Of a stretch of DNA of 64,000 nucleotides, positions 38,201-49,700 are shown piece after piece. The stretch comes from a virus. The translations under genes were made by a program, and so were the position numbers. Position 1 is the first letter of the stretch, and each line of letters opens with the position of its first letter. The notes under the pieces are model-generated. The model saw only the letters and a program-made list of their open reading frames with translations. It was not told the DNA's origin and searched no databases. The stretch lies in IMG/VR virus record IMGVR_UViG_3300020193_000009, positions 16,669 to 80,668 of that record; one strand, given 5' to 3'.

Positions 38201-39285
38201 AAATCGTTTACATTAAAAACGCTAATTGTATTTGCCACAGTTGAAACATTTGATGCGATAGTTGTGGTAATTTGATCACTAGGGTGTGATTGCCTCTCCC
38301 ACCCTAAATATATATGACAACGTAAATCTTTTTTCATATACTTTCCAAATGTTGAGGAAGAGTTGAAAATATTAAAGTCTTTAAGTGAGTTGTCTAAATT
38401 TATAGAAGCAGAATTACTACCACCGCCTGCAATCGGCAAACTGCTTTCATGAACATCTCTAGTTTTAGAACTATTAAAGTCCATAATATAATCTGTTAAA
38501 TCATATCTATAAATTGGACATACCTCATTAACTCTTGCATGATCTAATGGATTTTTAGTTGTATAAATTGTTAATAATATTTTATTAATATTATCATTAC
38601 TAATAGATTCTAAATAATGATTAAAGTAATAAGAATTAGCTGGTATTTCTCCATCTTCATTATAAACAAGTGTATTGGTATTATAATATGCTTTAATATT
38701 ATAAGCACATATTTGACCATTATACTCAGAAGTAATTATTTTAATTAAATTTACTTTTCTTTCTGTAAACAAATATGTTAATATTACTGGGGATGCAAAT
38801 TCATAACCGGTAAATGTAGCATGAAGATTTGATGTAGTTTTAGTAGATGATTCATAACCAAATTCATAATTTTCTTCTTTTGTAGGCGGCAGACAGTGCC
38901 ACTGACCATTTGCCGTAATTGTTTTACCATATTTATCTTTTGCATCACAAACACCCCACGTAAAAGATTGCCTTTCAATTCCATTTATAGATTCATTTGG
39001 CGTAAAATAAAAATCTTTTTGCCTAGCTTTGTTAAAAACTATTTCATTAGCAGAAAGCGCTCTTTGCTTTGCGAGGAGTCCGTTGGCATTATTAATTATA
39101 TCTTGATTGGACTTTGATGTGTAGGTAGAATTAGACGATGCTATTTGCGTATTTCCAACTTTATCAACATGCCTGCTGTCCAGCCAGTCTATAATAATTA
39201 ATGGTTTAACTCTTTGTGAAATTGCAGATATAGCAGTATTATAAGAAGATGAAAGATCAATATTATATTTGCCTTTTGTAAGCAT
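35260..39285 (-). CDS. large minor tail (hub-like) protein with PA14 and LamG/ConA-like domains
   Basis: PA14-like FDGYY.P...GARLYLNN..IIDRW...LTAGKVYDIRIEF; LamG-like FSIE...YYVNG...IDEFAIFN. Confidence 0.75.
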   Translation of the reverse strand: MLTKGKYNIDLSSSYNTAISAISQRVKPLIIIDWLDSRHVDKVGNTQIASSNSTYTSKSNQDIINNANGLLAKQRALSANEIVFNKARQKDFYFTPNESINGIERQSFTWGVCDAKDKYGKTITANGQWHCLPPTKEENYEFGYESSTKTTSNLHATFTGYEFASPVILTYLFTERKVNLIKIITSEYNGQICAYNIKAYYNTNTLVYNEDGEIPANSYYFNHYLESISNDNINKILLTIYTTKNPLDHARVNEVCPIYRYDLTDYIMDFNSSKTRDVHESSLPIAGGGSNSASINLDNSLKDFNIFNSSSTFGKYMKKDLRCHIYLGWERQSHPSDQITTTIASNVSTVANTISVFNVNDFPTGGAGDDYLLTINPGTTNQERIIARKESGNSFNVIERGVGDTKARNHTVNSSVVFDIFEYVPVGVFYVDEWQGSSSSMSIKANLTDRGKFSKDKMITKGYLIQESTVGKAIEQLLMMTNFPKKDIKYLKKPKEFYCKNNAVLHFGFDENSVDRANNQRTVATSLRARLFKVPNTDLNSVRDIVLDANDKYLSSYERALEIRTFVSPSLHTTSKEISTQAGASKALNFISGQFVSKTNETVTSYFNGVFDGYYIPKNTGNQRLILGLNNGGARLYLNNVKIIDRWYNLDTGTNSAAYVSSALYNLTAGKVYDIRIEFFTEQNPANEPFQIFLQKEFNASIDWVYSNECFTIAAVDYVGSKNSNSYLTFSSNSWTPTLPIVNGIPNVNIVERSGTRNNGLYLSEPKISELSGVVSDSDNRSVLLNSNSYIRIPYHQSFDVFNSAGDNYTGKFSIELYGKFHNGSFSNDGEYLSCFNNSSPSNGFEFYSNSSSNGFKFITSNGIQTISSNSALSNTNSSLISITFSNNSLKYYVNGDLKNTVTTSGSLLNFTDKDITIGGRGSSFNAGAGEVAPATTRSFYIDEFAIFNDSFDAQQVKENYIQTQMQPIQILPFIYGNDTTIESIINDITIADLGRLYFDELNNAKYDHYFRFFEPSIDQHANVQYTFSDSTNIIEADFNVQLQTNKVVIKVAGVSKPESSKQGLWHPETTSVAVTNLTSAMTSADVSMSVKSTNEPYFPKNGYVKIDDEIIKYSNATSNSFLILDRAQYDTAAASHNQNALVREVKVYDQLKFDKSPAFMVQLPLITNITQVKPPKLELIRFNPTPYGAMMIIAASNNTFSGDIIYLEGTNAETGETHQSRIAGIPVAITDANGDVKEQKQVLDDNIRKYGLKELVIENEYITNLEYARKLASFIISKMGEPVPIINISILPVAKLQLGDRIRISSFNAFDIINGDYWVISSDLDYNKSLNQKLVIRKVV

Positions 39286-40362
39286 TTAGACCTCTTCCAA
39301 ACTCATAGAGCAGTCAAAGAAATAAATATCATCAACCAAATCCCGTCGAATTAGAGTTTCACTGTAATCTTTCACCAATACATTATAACTTGTTTCTGTG
39401 TACGGCACATTACTATTTTCGTCCATATTTACTATTTTTAATACATGATGCTGAGGTTTACCAGCTATTTCTTTTAGATAGTCCCTGCCTCGTTTCCCAT
39501 CAACTGTATGAGAATGAGAATTTGGCACATATGACCATGACAAATTAAAGGTTCTTCTTGCAGGTCTAGCGGACGATTTATAATATCTAGATTTTCTATT
39601 ATTCCAGTTAATATTTTCTACAAAAATAGGATCAACAGAAACTCCTAGTTTTCTATTATGATTTGTTATTGGCTTGTCATCGATTAACAAAACTGTTCTT
39701 ATATCAGATAAATCGCTTGCAGATATTACATTTCCAACAATAAATTTAATCGCTTTGGTAGTAACATTGCCCATATTATTGATAATAATTTTTATTGTTG
39801 TCAATACAATTTTACCAACAATTGTTAGATTAACAGAACCACTTAATGCAGAAGATATAGATTTAACACTTACTGCTACCGCAAAAACTTCTGAGGATGG
39901 CGCTATGACAGACGCGGCAAATGAATCTTTTTTAATTACTGTAACCATATTGCTTTCAATGTTAATTAAAATTTGAGCTTTCAAAATTTCTTGCGCAATT
40001 GCTACAGTAGACGTAATACTTGCAGAAATTGATACCGAGGCAAACAAAATTTCTTTGGCAATTACTGTAGCACTAGATTCAATAGAAAGAACAGCTGATG
40101 CAAGTTTAATTTTTGTTCCAAGAGTTAACGTTGCACCATCTATTATAATTATAGATTGTGCAAGCTTAACTTTAGTAGCAGATATAATTAAATTACTTTC
40201 AACAGAAATATTAGAATAAATAAGACCCGCACCAAAAGTCAAAGTTGCTATCGCAGATGAACTAATTGATATTTGTATTTGTGCTTCTTTAGCCTCATCT
40301 GGATTAAAAAAATCTAAACCTGATTTTAACGGTTCAGAAAATGAGTAAAAACTTGTTGTCAT
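39286..40362 (-). CDS. minor tail protein: A/I/S-rich repeats plus a domain paralogous to 40364..40759
   Basis: The C-terminal ~130 aa align with the adjacent gene. Confidence 0.7.
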   Translation of the reverse strand: MTTSFYSFSEPLKSGLDFFNPDEAKEAQIQISISSSAIATLTFGAGLIYSNISVESNLIISATKVKLAQSIIIIDGATLTLGTKIKLASAVLSIESSATVIAKEILFASVSISASITSTVAIAQEILKAQILINIESNMVTVIKKDSFAASVIAPSSEVFAVAVSVKSISSALSGSVNLTIVGKIVLTTIKIIINNMGNVTTKAIKFIVGNVISASDLSDIRTVLLIDDKPITNHNRKLGVSVDPIFVENINWNNRKSRYYKSSARPARRTFNLSWSYVPNSHSHTVDGKRGRDYLKEIAGKPQHHVLKIVNMDENSNVPYTETSYNVLVKDYSETLIRRDLVDDIYFFDCSMSLEEV

Positions 40363-40363
40363 T

Positions 40364-40759
40364 TTATCTCTCCGTTAAAGTTAAAGAAACATCGTAATAA
40401 GAGCACTGGGAGGTATAATCTCGTCTTATTAGATCTTCGCTATATGAATCTATATAGCAATCTAATGTTTGATACTGACCTGGCGATAATTCAATAATAA
40501 TTGTCGCAGCAGCTGAGCCATTAGCTAACGAATAAAGAAAATCTCTGCCTACCCGATTGTCCACAGTTTTTGATTGTAAACTTGGTAAATATGACCATTT
40601 TAAAGAAAATTGTTTTTTATTCCTTGAATAATATCTACGTTTATGACCCGATGCTAAATCAATATCATCAGCAGCAATCTGTTCACTAATAGATATTTTT
40701 CTGTTATGTTCTGTTATTTCTGTTGAGTTAATTGATAAAAGTTTATGTATTGACATCAC
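40364..40759 (-). CDS. minor tail protein (distal-tail-like position)
   Basis: First gene after the TMP; F.L.WSYLP motif. Confidence 0.65.
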   Translation of the reverse strand: MMSIHKLLSINSTEITEHNRKISISEQIAADDIDLASGHKRRYYSRNKKQFSLKWSYLPSLQSKTVDNRVGRDFLYSLANGSAAATIIIELSPGQYQTLDCYIDSYSEDLIRRDYTSQCSYYDVSLTLTER

Positions 40760-43700
40760 ACGCCTCTATTTAAACCTGTATATGTTTTAATTACCCTATT
40801 TTCTAAACCAGCTGTTTTTTGATTTCTTGGCAAAACTTTTGTATTATATTCTTTCATCATTGAATTAAACCACTCTGGTTCACCAACAAATGTATCAACA
40901 TAGATATTTACATTCTGCGTTGATGAACTCGTTCCACCAGCAGACTGCATTGCTGGCGCTGGAACCCTCATTGATGGAATTTGCGGGACAGAGAACTTTG
41001 CTTTATTAAGCTGAGTCAGGGCAGGTATGCCAATCTTCCTTACAGCCTCTGCATTTAGAACAAATTCACCACCATGCAGAGTTGCAGGAATTGGCATAGA
41101 TGGAGCGCCGGGTACATAACCACCTTCTTTTCTGTTCACGCTTGGCAATGGGATTGGTCCCAATTGATTCTTTGTACGATAAAATCTATCATAGTAATCC
41201 TTCGCTCTCCTTATCAAAATTCTTTCAATCCTTGTATTTATCGCAAGATTTTCTACAGGGACAGTGCCTATTTGCATAAAAGGATCTCTTCCAACTATTC
41301 TTGCAAAGGCATTGAAACTTGCCTTACCTTCACCAAAGTAGTATAGTAAATTCTCAAAACCGTATAGGTCATCCGTCATGCCGTATGGTTGTCCTTTAGT
41401 AATATTTTTCAGACTAGAATATGAGCCAAGAAGGAAGTCATCAAAATGCCTTGCCATTCTTATATAATATTCCTGAAACTGCGCAAATTCACCAATGATT
41501 TTCCAAAGAGTTTGTGTTTGCACAACACTACTCAACCCGTGACCACCAATATCTGGATCAAATTTTTGCCTTTCTAAGATCGTTCGCCAACTATTCTCTA
41601 AAGCCTCGTCAAAGCTCTGACCAGGAATAAAATCACGCATATCAAGACCTTGCAATCTTGCAAAAATCTCATTTAGTGCATACCGCTGTTCATTAGTATA
41701 GTTCTGAATTGGCAGATTCTTGTAATCAAGAATTTCATACTTACCAGCAGGGAACCTGAGCCCCTCACCAGGTCTTGGAGTAAAATATGTGTCTACACCC
41801 ATTATATTTTCAATTGCCCCGGGGTTAGCATCAATTAGATCTTTTAATTTAATGGCTATTAACCGACCTGTTTCCCGGGAAGCACTTCCTCTATTCATTA
41901 TTGGTCGCACAAGGTGATTTAATGCAAAATGAATTGTGTCTCTAATAATTTCATTATTATCACTATTCATAACCCTATAATGGTCACTTGTTGGACGTAA
42001 AATAGCATCACCAATTTCATTTATTTCAAATGGATATGATGTTTCATGAACAGCCATCAACTTATCAAGAGTCAACTCTCTCATCCCACGATCCAATTGA
42101 ATACTCTTCATTATTTGTTCTTCGATAACTACAGGCTTGTTTCTCGCAGCGACTTCTATGGCTGTTAGCCTCTTTCCTTCTAGCACTAAACGGGCATATT
42201 CAAGCTGAGCCTGAAGATTGTTTTTTACCTTGGCGGCATAAAGGAGCGCTGATACATATGTATCATTAACATCACCGCCAAAAGATTTATACCCAACGTG
42301 TGCTTCGAGCCATCCTCTTACCGTACTAACTGCATTTGGACCAATTTTTGATGTCCCAGTAATATCAAGGGGGTTTAAAGGAATATTTCGAACCTTTCTT
42401 AAATCCGGAAGAGCTTTTAATAAATCATCACTTAATCCAAATCCAACTGTTTCGCCTAAAATATTATGAATATACGCGCCTACTGATTCAGTAACTTCCG
42501 GGGACCCTTCGAGATGAGAAAATTCAAGTAAACTTTCAGGCAAAATAGAGCGACCAGTCACTTTTTTAGTTTGTATGTTAAATTGTTTTTGAACTAAAGC
42601 AGGTAGATTTTTACCAGTAGTTCTTGTACCAGATGGCAAAGCAAGTTGTCGAGGTATAAGATTTTTAACATCTGTTAATTTTGAAGATTCTTTTTGAAGG
42701 CTGGATACTATACCTTTTGCATCATTATTTATTTTAATAGACCTATTTACTCTAAGCAAAGCTCTCTTTAACAAATCTTTTGTGAAAAACCCACCTCTTC
42801 TTCTAACTTGTTTTAGTATATTTACAAGTTCCATATCGTCAATGTCAAGAGGAATTTCAGCCAATATTTTCTGGGTCCGTGTGCGCATACTAGTTGAGCC
42901 AGGGATATTGATATCTTCGAGGAGCCTGCCTCCTTTTGTTATATAGAAAGAACCTTTTGGACGGAGGATTGGAAGACTGGTTTCATCAATAGGAGAAAGA
43001 TCGTAACCCAGTTTTCTAGCAATTTTTGCAGCACGACCTTCTCCTTGAAATACATCGCCAGCAAACCCCCTGTCGTCTGCGTAGTACCTGGCAGAATTTA
43101 CTATTTCTTCGACTTTACCTCTAACCCATGAATAAGTATAATCTCCAAGATTATCTCCAGGACCAAACGATCTACCAGATAAAGATTCCGAAATAATATT
43201 ATCTTTAATACCTTCTGGACCCACATGGATCCCAATTCTTCTTGAAGGTAACAGATTTAATGGATTTAGAGACCTTATTGCTTCGATTGCCTTAGTGATA
43301 GGTCCTGGTTGCAAGATTGCATCACGTGTTCTATATGGCATTGATTCTTGTCTCAGGGCGGGTGGCATTGATTCATTAGCTATAAATGCTGCTTTATTTG
43401 CAGCTAATCTTGCATTTCTAATTGCAATATTATCTGCTCTAATAAGATTATTAATTACGCCTTTAACACCAGCCTCTAAAGCATTGCCTTGTGGTGGATT
43501 TACAGAACCCTTAAGAGTGTTAACAACTTCTGGAATATAATTTTTTGCAACCTCAATTTTATCAACAACTGAACCTACCTTTTCTGCAATCACTCCAGCA
43601 CGGATTTTTGCTGATTGACCAACAGTTAATCTTCCAGCTTTGGCAGCAGAGACCGCCTTTGCAGCTCTTGCAACATCATCAAACCTGCTAACCGCTGTCA

Positions 43701-46700
43701 CTGGAGTACCGGATGCCGCTGTGCCGAGTATGTTGAGAGTGTGTAGACCTTTTTCAAAAGTACTTAATTCTTTACCGGAAGCCAATTGCATAGCGGATCT
43801 TGCTACCCCGACTACTGGAATGAATTGTGAAACATTTAAAAGATCCTTCATCTTCCCCTTGCTTGCTATGTTTTCTTGAACTGGAGAAATGCCTAAACCT
43901 CGTGTAAGATTAGATGCTCCAGTTGCAGCGACATATGGATTCCTAGAAGCTGTAACTGCTCTGGACGCTGAACTTGATCTGTAAGAACCTGATGCATCAT
44001 CAAAGTCGCCTTCTGCTGCACTAAATAACATTCCAAGGTTTGCAAAAGCAACAGATGCATTAACTAAACCGGTAGCAACAGACTTACCAATATTAGAAGC
44101 AGCACCTTTTACACCACCAACAACATTAGAAATAGCATCACCAATACCACCAAATATTCCACCACCTTTACCGCCAGGGACTTTTCCGCCCTTAAAGTAC
44201 CCACCGTGTCTCAAGTTATTTAATCTCTCAAGAGATCCAAGACCAATCTTTCTTACAGACTCTGCGTTTAATACATATTCACCACCATGCAGAGTTGCAG
44301 GAATTGGCATAGATGGAGCGCCGGGTACAAATCCGCCTTTTTTATATTTAGGAATATATCCACCTTTATATTTTCCATACTTAAGTGAGTCCAAAATTCT
44401 TTGCAAATTTGGTGGTATTGGGTCTTCATCATCAATTTCTTTTGGCAAAATTTGACCCTGTAATTGATATCTTATAAAATCAATATCTTGTTTTGTTAAT
44501 TCTCCAGTATAATTAAGATAACTCATTATTGAATTTGCACTTTTATTCAACATGGCATCATCTGTGGTAATATCAGGTGCTCCAAATATGGCATGCATTA
44601 ATTCATGTTTAAGAACATGACCCTGATCATTAAGCCCTAATATTCCCTGGATACCAGATGGGAGGACCGCAAACCCTTCACTAGCTAATGATTTTTTATA
44701 TTTTTCAGTTCTTGCTAATCCACTAAACATACCTTCACCAGAGGTAATATTTATGTAACCTTTCATCAGATAATTAACTACTTCTTTAATTGGCTGTGGT
44801 ATAAGATCAGTTGGAGCAAAAATTTTACTTGGTGTTATATAAATAGGAGTTGTAGATAAATACCTACCATATTTTTCATTTTCTTTAATATCGTTACCTA
44901 CCGTATAATAACCGCCCTTGAAGGTAAGCATTTTCGGATCGTGAGTAATTTTAATAATGTAGCTAAGACCATTTTTGGTAATATACGCATTATCATCAAA
45001 TTTCGTTGCATCTTTTACTGTAACTATTTTATAATTAGCACCAGCTAAAGTTGCAATTTCCTTCATAGCGTTCTTATATTGATCATATCTTAACTGCCCT
45101 ATTACACCATGTGTAATATCTTGAACAAATGTTATTGTATTATTAGATTTTCTTAATGCTGCAGCAAGAGCAGACTCTCCAATTTTTTGATCTCCTCCAA
45201 CAAACGATGGGTATGAATTAATATCAAACGCCGGATCCATACCATAAGTCTCACCAAATATTCGATATATTTCTTTACCATATTGAAGGTAACTTCCCCT
45301 TCCTTTATCACCCGGGTTGTATCTAGCTCCTGTACGATATGCAAAAGGCAGAGGGTTTTCTACCCCACGAACTTGATACTTACTTGGCTGCCAATCCGGA
45401 ATTTCGTCTTGGAATAAAACAGCAAAATCAATTAATTGTTGTTTTGAAAGCGCAAATTTTATTCCTTTTTTCTTATAATACTCTTTAGCTTGTTTTACAA
45501 CATGAGGATCATTGTAATAACGAGGATCATTGCTCTCGATATAATCTCTATAACGAACAGTTCCAGTAAATAAATCTTTTAATGTTCTTGGTGGAGCGCC
45601 AGCTTGAGATTTGTATTGATCTATATTAAATAATTTCTTTACACCTTCAGTAGCCAAATATAGTGGTGATGTTTTAGAGTCATGCTGAATTATATCAAAA
45701 ACCCTACCAAGCAGGGTTTTATCTTCATCATTACCAAAGATTGCACCGCCAAGTGAACTAATACCACCAATGCCAAGCAATCCTTTTAATTTACCAAATT
45801 TACCACCGAATAACCCCGTCTGAACCCCAGATCTCGCTTCTTGTAGATGACGAACAAGAGCCGCTACTGCCTTTGCTTTTTCTTCTGGGTTGTTTACAAT
45901 TTTCTTTAGTAATTCTGGAGATACATTTAGTTCTCTTAATACATTTGCTCCAGTAAACCTTCTAGCTTCGCTAGCAAATAGATTTGTATCTCTTAATATT
46001 TTTGCACCCCTTTTAGCCTGAAGTATATAAATTGATGCATTTTTTCCTTCAAATTGACCCTCTAAGAATCCAATCGCCCTATCTGCCAAATTTTTATCTG
46101 CCAGCCCTCTATATACTTTTGCGGCTTCTTCTATTGGCATACCTCTTAATTTGTTTACTAATTTAACATTTGACAAACCTTTCATCCACGTATACACAGT
46201 TCCAAGGAGATGGTCTCCTGGTCCAGCCGGCTTAGCGTCCATCATTCCATGTTTTGTAAAATCATCAACACCTGGTCTGCCCACATGAATTCCAATTCTT
46301 CTGCTTGGAATCTTTGTAAGTGGATTTAAATTATGCATAAGGTCTACAACTTTTGTAAATACACCCGGTGCTTTTGTAATGTTCTTTTGCATTCTAGCAA
46401 TTACGCTATTGCCACCCGTAAACAAGGAACGATATAATTCATCTTTCTCTAACAATTCGCTTAATACTGGATTTAACTTTTCGGTTGCGCCAAATTTAAT
46501 ATATGGATCAATTCCAACCTTTTTTGCAAACCTTTCAATATACATGCCCATTTGAGAATTTTTACCAACGCTAAGAGCTGAATAAGCTTTTTCTACGCCT
46601 TTAAATTGAAGCTCATTTCTTGCTCTTGCCAACATTCCCAATGATCTACCAATCTTATTTATAAACCCGGGACCCTTTTGACCAACATTAGAACTCTCTG

Positions 46701-49700
46701 TCATTATCCCAGCATCAAAAGCCTCTCTAGTTAATTTAGGAGCAATCTTAATTTTCTCAGCAAACCCTAGTAAATTAGAAATAATTGGTCTATAAACACT
46801 TTGAGCAGTGTTGGTAGCCCTTTGCCCCTCAAATGGAACCCCTGTTTTAGTTAAACCACCCCGGATTAATCTCTTTGTATCATCAATGACGCGCCTAATG
46901 ATACCTGGCTGTTTTATATTTTCTATTACTTCACCCTGAAGGTTGGTCACTAACTTAGAAACATCATCAGCAGATTTTGCAGTTAATGCAGAAGATGTAG
47001 AACGGAAAGGAGCAACGAGGCTAGAGCCAGCAGAAGCAAGCAACGACTTTAAATTTCCACCAGCCATAGTCTCTCTCGTTACTCCAGGCGGTGGTGTTGG
47101 TCCAAAGAAAAACGACTTAACTAGACCGCCCACAGTTGCTTTTTTAGCAGATTCTTTTGCTGCCGCCTGCACCATTTTTTCAACTGCTAGTTCAGATGAT
47201 GTTTTTGTAGACCCTTTAGCCATTGCACTCAGTGTTGCTTTCAAACCAACTTGACCGGCAGTAACAGCAGCTTTGCTTACGCCTCCAGTCAATATTGTTG
47301 CTGCAACATCAGCAGTATTTGTAGCAGATTCAATCAACCCGGATGTGCGAAGATTTGGGTTTTTACCAATAGCTTTACCAGCAAGATTAATATATGGATT
47401 AATAAATGTGGCATTAAGACTTTCTCCATATGATGTTAGTGCATTATATGCGCCTTTTCCAACTTTCTTAACGGCTCCAACAGATTTAGAAATAGCATCA
47501 CCAATACCACCAAATATTCCACCACCTTTACCGCCAGGGACTTTTCCGCCCTTAAAGTATCCACCGTGTCTGAGGTTGTTCAATTCATCAAGAGGACCAC
47601 GACCAATCTTTTCCACAACTTTATGATTTAGAACATATTCACCGCCATGAAGCAGGGCTGGCACACCTTGTTGTGGGAAGCCTGGTGTTGGACCACTACC
47701 TGTAAATGCTCCAACGTGTCCACCATAATACCGACTAAACTTACTAAGCCTTGTAGCAACAAATCCAAGAGCAGATTTTGCAACATTACCCAATTGCCCA
47801 ACTAATTTGCCAACGACATTATCGTTCCAGTTTTCAACAAAAGTATCCCACCCGTCTTTAAATTTATCGGGTATGTTGCCAAAATGTTCTTTTAATTTTC
47901 CAACTAAATAATTAAGACCAGTATTGTCGGAGAGCCAATCTTTAATATGTCGCATTGTTGGTTTAATGTATGTGTCATAACCACTTTGAAACCCAGCTGA
48001 CAACTCGTGCCACTTTGTTTTTATATTATCCACAGCAGTAAGAAGAGCATCTTCTCCAATTAGAGCATTCTTCCATCGTGTTAATACCGGTGAAATATCT
48101 GTTGACCACTTTGTTGTAACGGCAGAAGCAATCTCTTCAATTTTTGTCTTAACACCACCAAATGCAGTTGCAATTATATTTACAGGTATTGCTGAAAGCG
48201 ATGCAATACCATTTATAAACCCTTGCATTATATTTCTGCCAATGCTAAAGAACACAGTAGATGGGGATTGAATTCCAAATATTCCTTTAACAGTATCCAC
48301 CACTCTACCCCACCAACCTAAGAAAGCACTCCATCCTGACGGGTCACCTAGTCCGTTCATTATTCCGCTCTTTAGTGATTCACCTATAGAACGACCTTTA
48401 TCTATAATTGGCTGAATAAGAGATTTAATAGTATCTTCAAACCATTCTGCCAAGATTAGACCGAACGACGTATGTTCGCCACCCCCAAATTGAGGGTCGC
48501 GAGTCGTTAATCTATCTTTAAATCCTTCTTTTAAGGAATTAGCAATTTCTGCACCAGTCGTTGCGGCTTGAATTTTTAGTGCTTCGGCATGTTCTTTTGC
48601 TACAATATTTGGAATAAAAGTAGTCGTTCTAAGCTGCATTATAAGGTCTTTATATGGTTTATAATCTGGATCAAATTGAGGAAAGTCTTTTAGTTCTGGG
48701 AATGTAGCTACTGTTTGCTCCCTGGTAAGAGATATTGGTCTATTAAGATCTTGTTTGCCGTGATAGCCCAAATTAATTAATTCTTGAGTTACTTTATATT
48801 TAATCTTTTTATCTGCCGGGTCATAATAAAATGGTGGTGGAAGATTTTGTGGCAAGAATGTTTTACCACCGTAGATATCCTTACCAACAAGAGATTTTGT
48901 AACCACTGGAACAGGTGGCTTTTTTGTACCGCTGCTGGAGTCTTGAGATGCATTTGCTGCTTCATCTAATGCAACAATTTTGGCTTTTGCCTCTTCTAAC
49001 ATCCCCTGCAATTCCTGCAGTCTCTTCTTTAACTCTTCAAACGGATCAAAATCTGGCGGAATAGGTGGGAAAAAGTCAGCTAATCCAGGAAAGGATTCTA
49101 AGTCTGTTTCAAGATTTTTAAATATCTTCATGAACTCATCATAGACATCACCACTCTTTGCCCGAATCTCTCTCTTCATAGCATCAAGCATTTCCACAGC
49201 AGCCTTAACCCCTGCAAGTATCCATTCATGCTCTGGGACAATCTTTGCCACCTCAGTTCTAACTGCGGTAGCCCAAGGCGTTACATATTGAGCAATAATT
49301 CCTTGAGTAAATGCTTTACTAAATGCGTCCGGCAAGCCTTGTACGAGCACATATGCAGCACCAAGTATTGAACTTGCGTTTGCAGTACCAATTGAAGCGC
49401 CAAATTTATTTGTGGCTTCTGCTACAAGCTTATCCATTGTCATAGAGAACATTCCAATTGATGGATCAATAACTTCTCTTATAGCATTTGGCAATGCAAG
49501 CATTGATTTCTCAAATGTTTTGGCAATATCGTCTGAAAACTCTATCCCGGCTGCGCCAAGGTCTCTCAATAATAATGCAAATTCATCCTTTGTAGAGAAA
49601 CCTCTTGCTTTAATTCTATCTAGACGTAATTCAAACTCTTTAAACATTAAGTCATATTGTTTAACTAATTCTTCTTTTTGTCTGTTAATTACAGCAATAG

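Noticed and set aside
41064-47571. Diversity-generating retroelement TR/VR pair
   Set aside because: The repeat copies are essentially identical with no adenine-specific variation, all are in-frame coding, and no reverse transcriptase is in the window.
41064-47571. TMP repeats as a simple assembly duplication
   Set aside because: The interiors are strongly divergent, both offsets are multiples of three, and the frame stays open. A strain chimera cannot be fully excluded without long reads.
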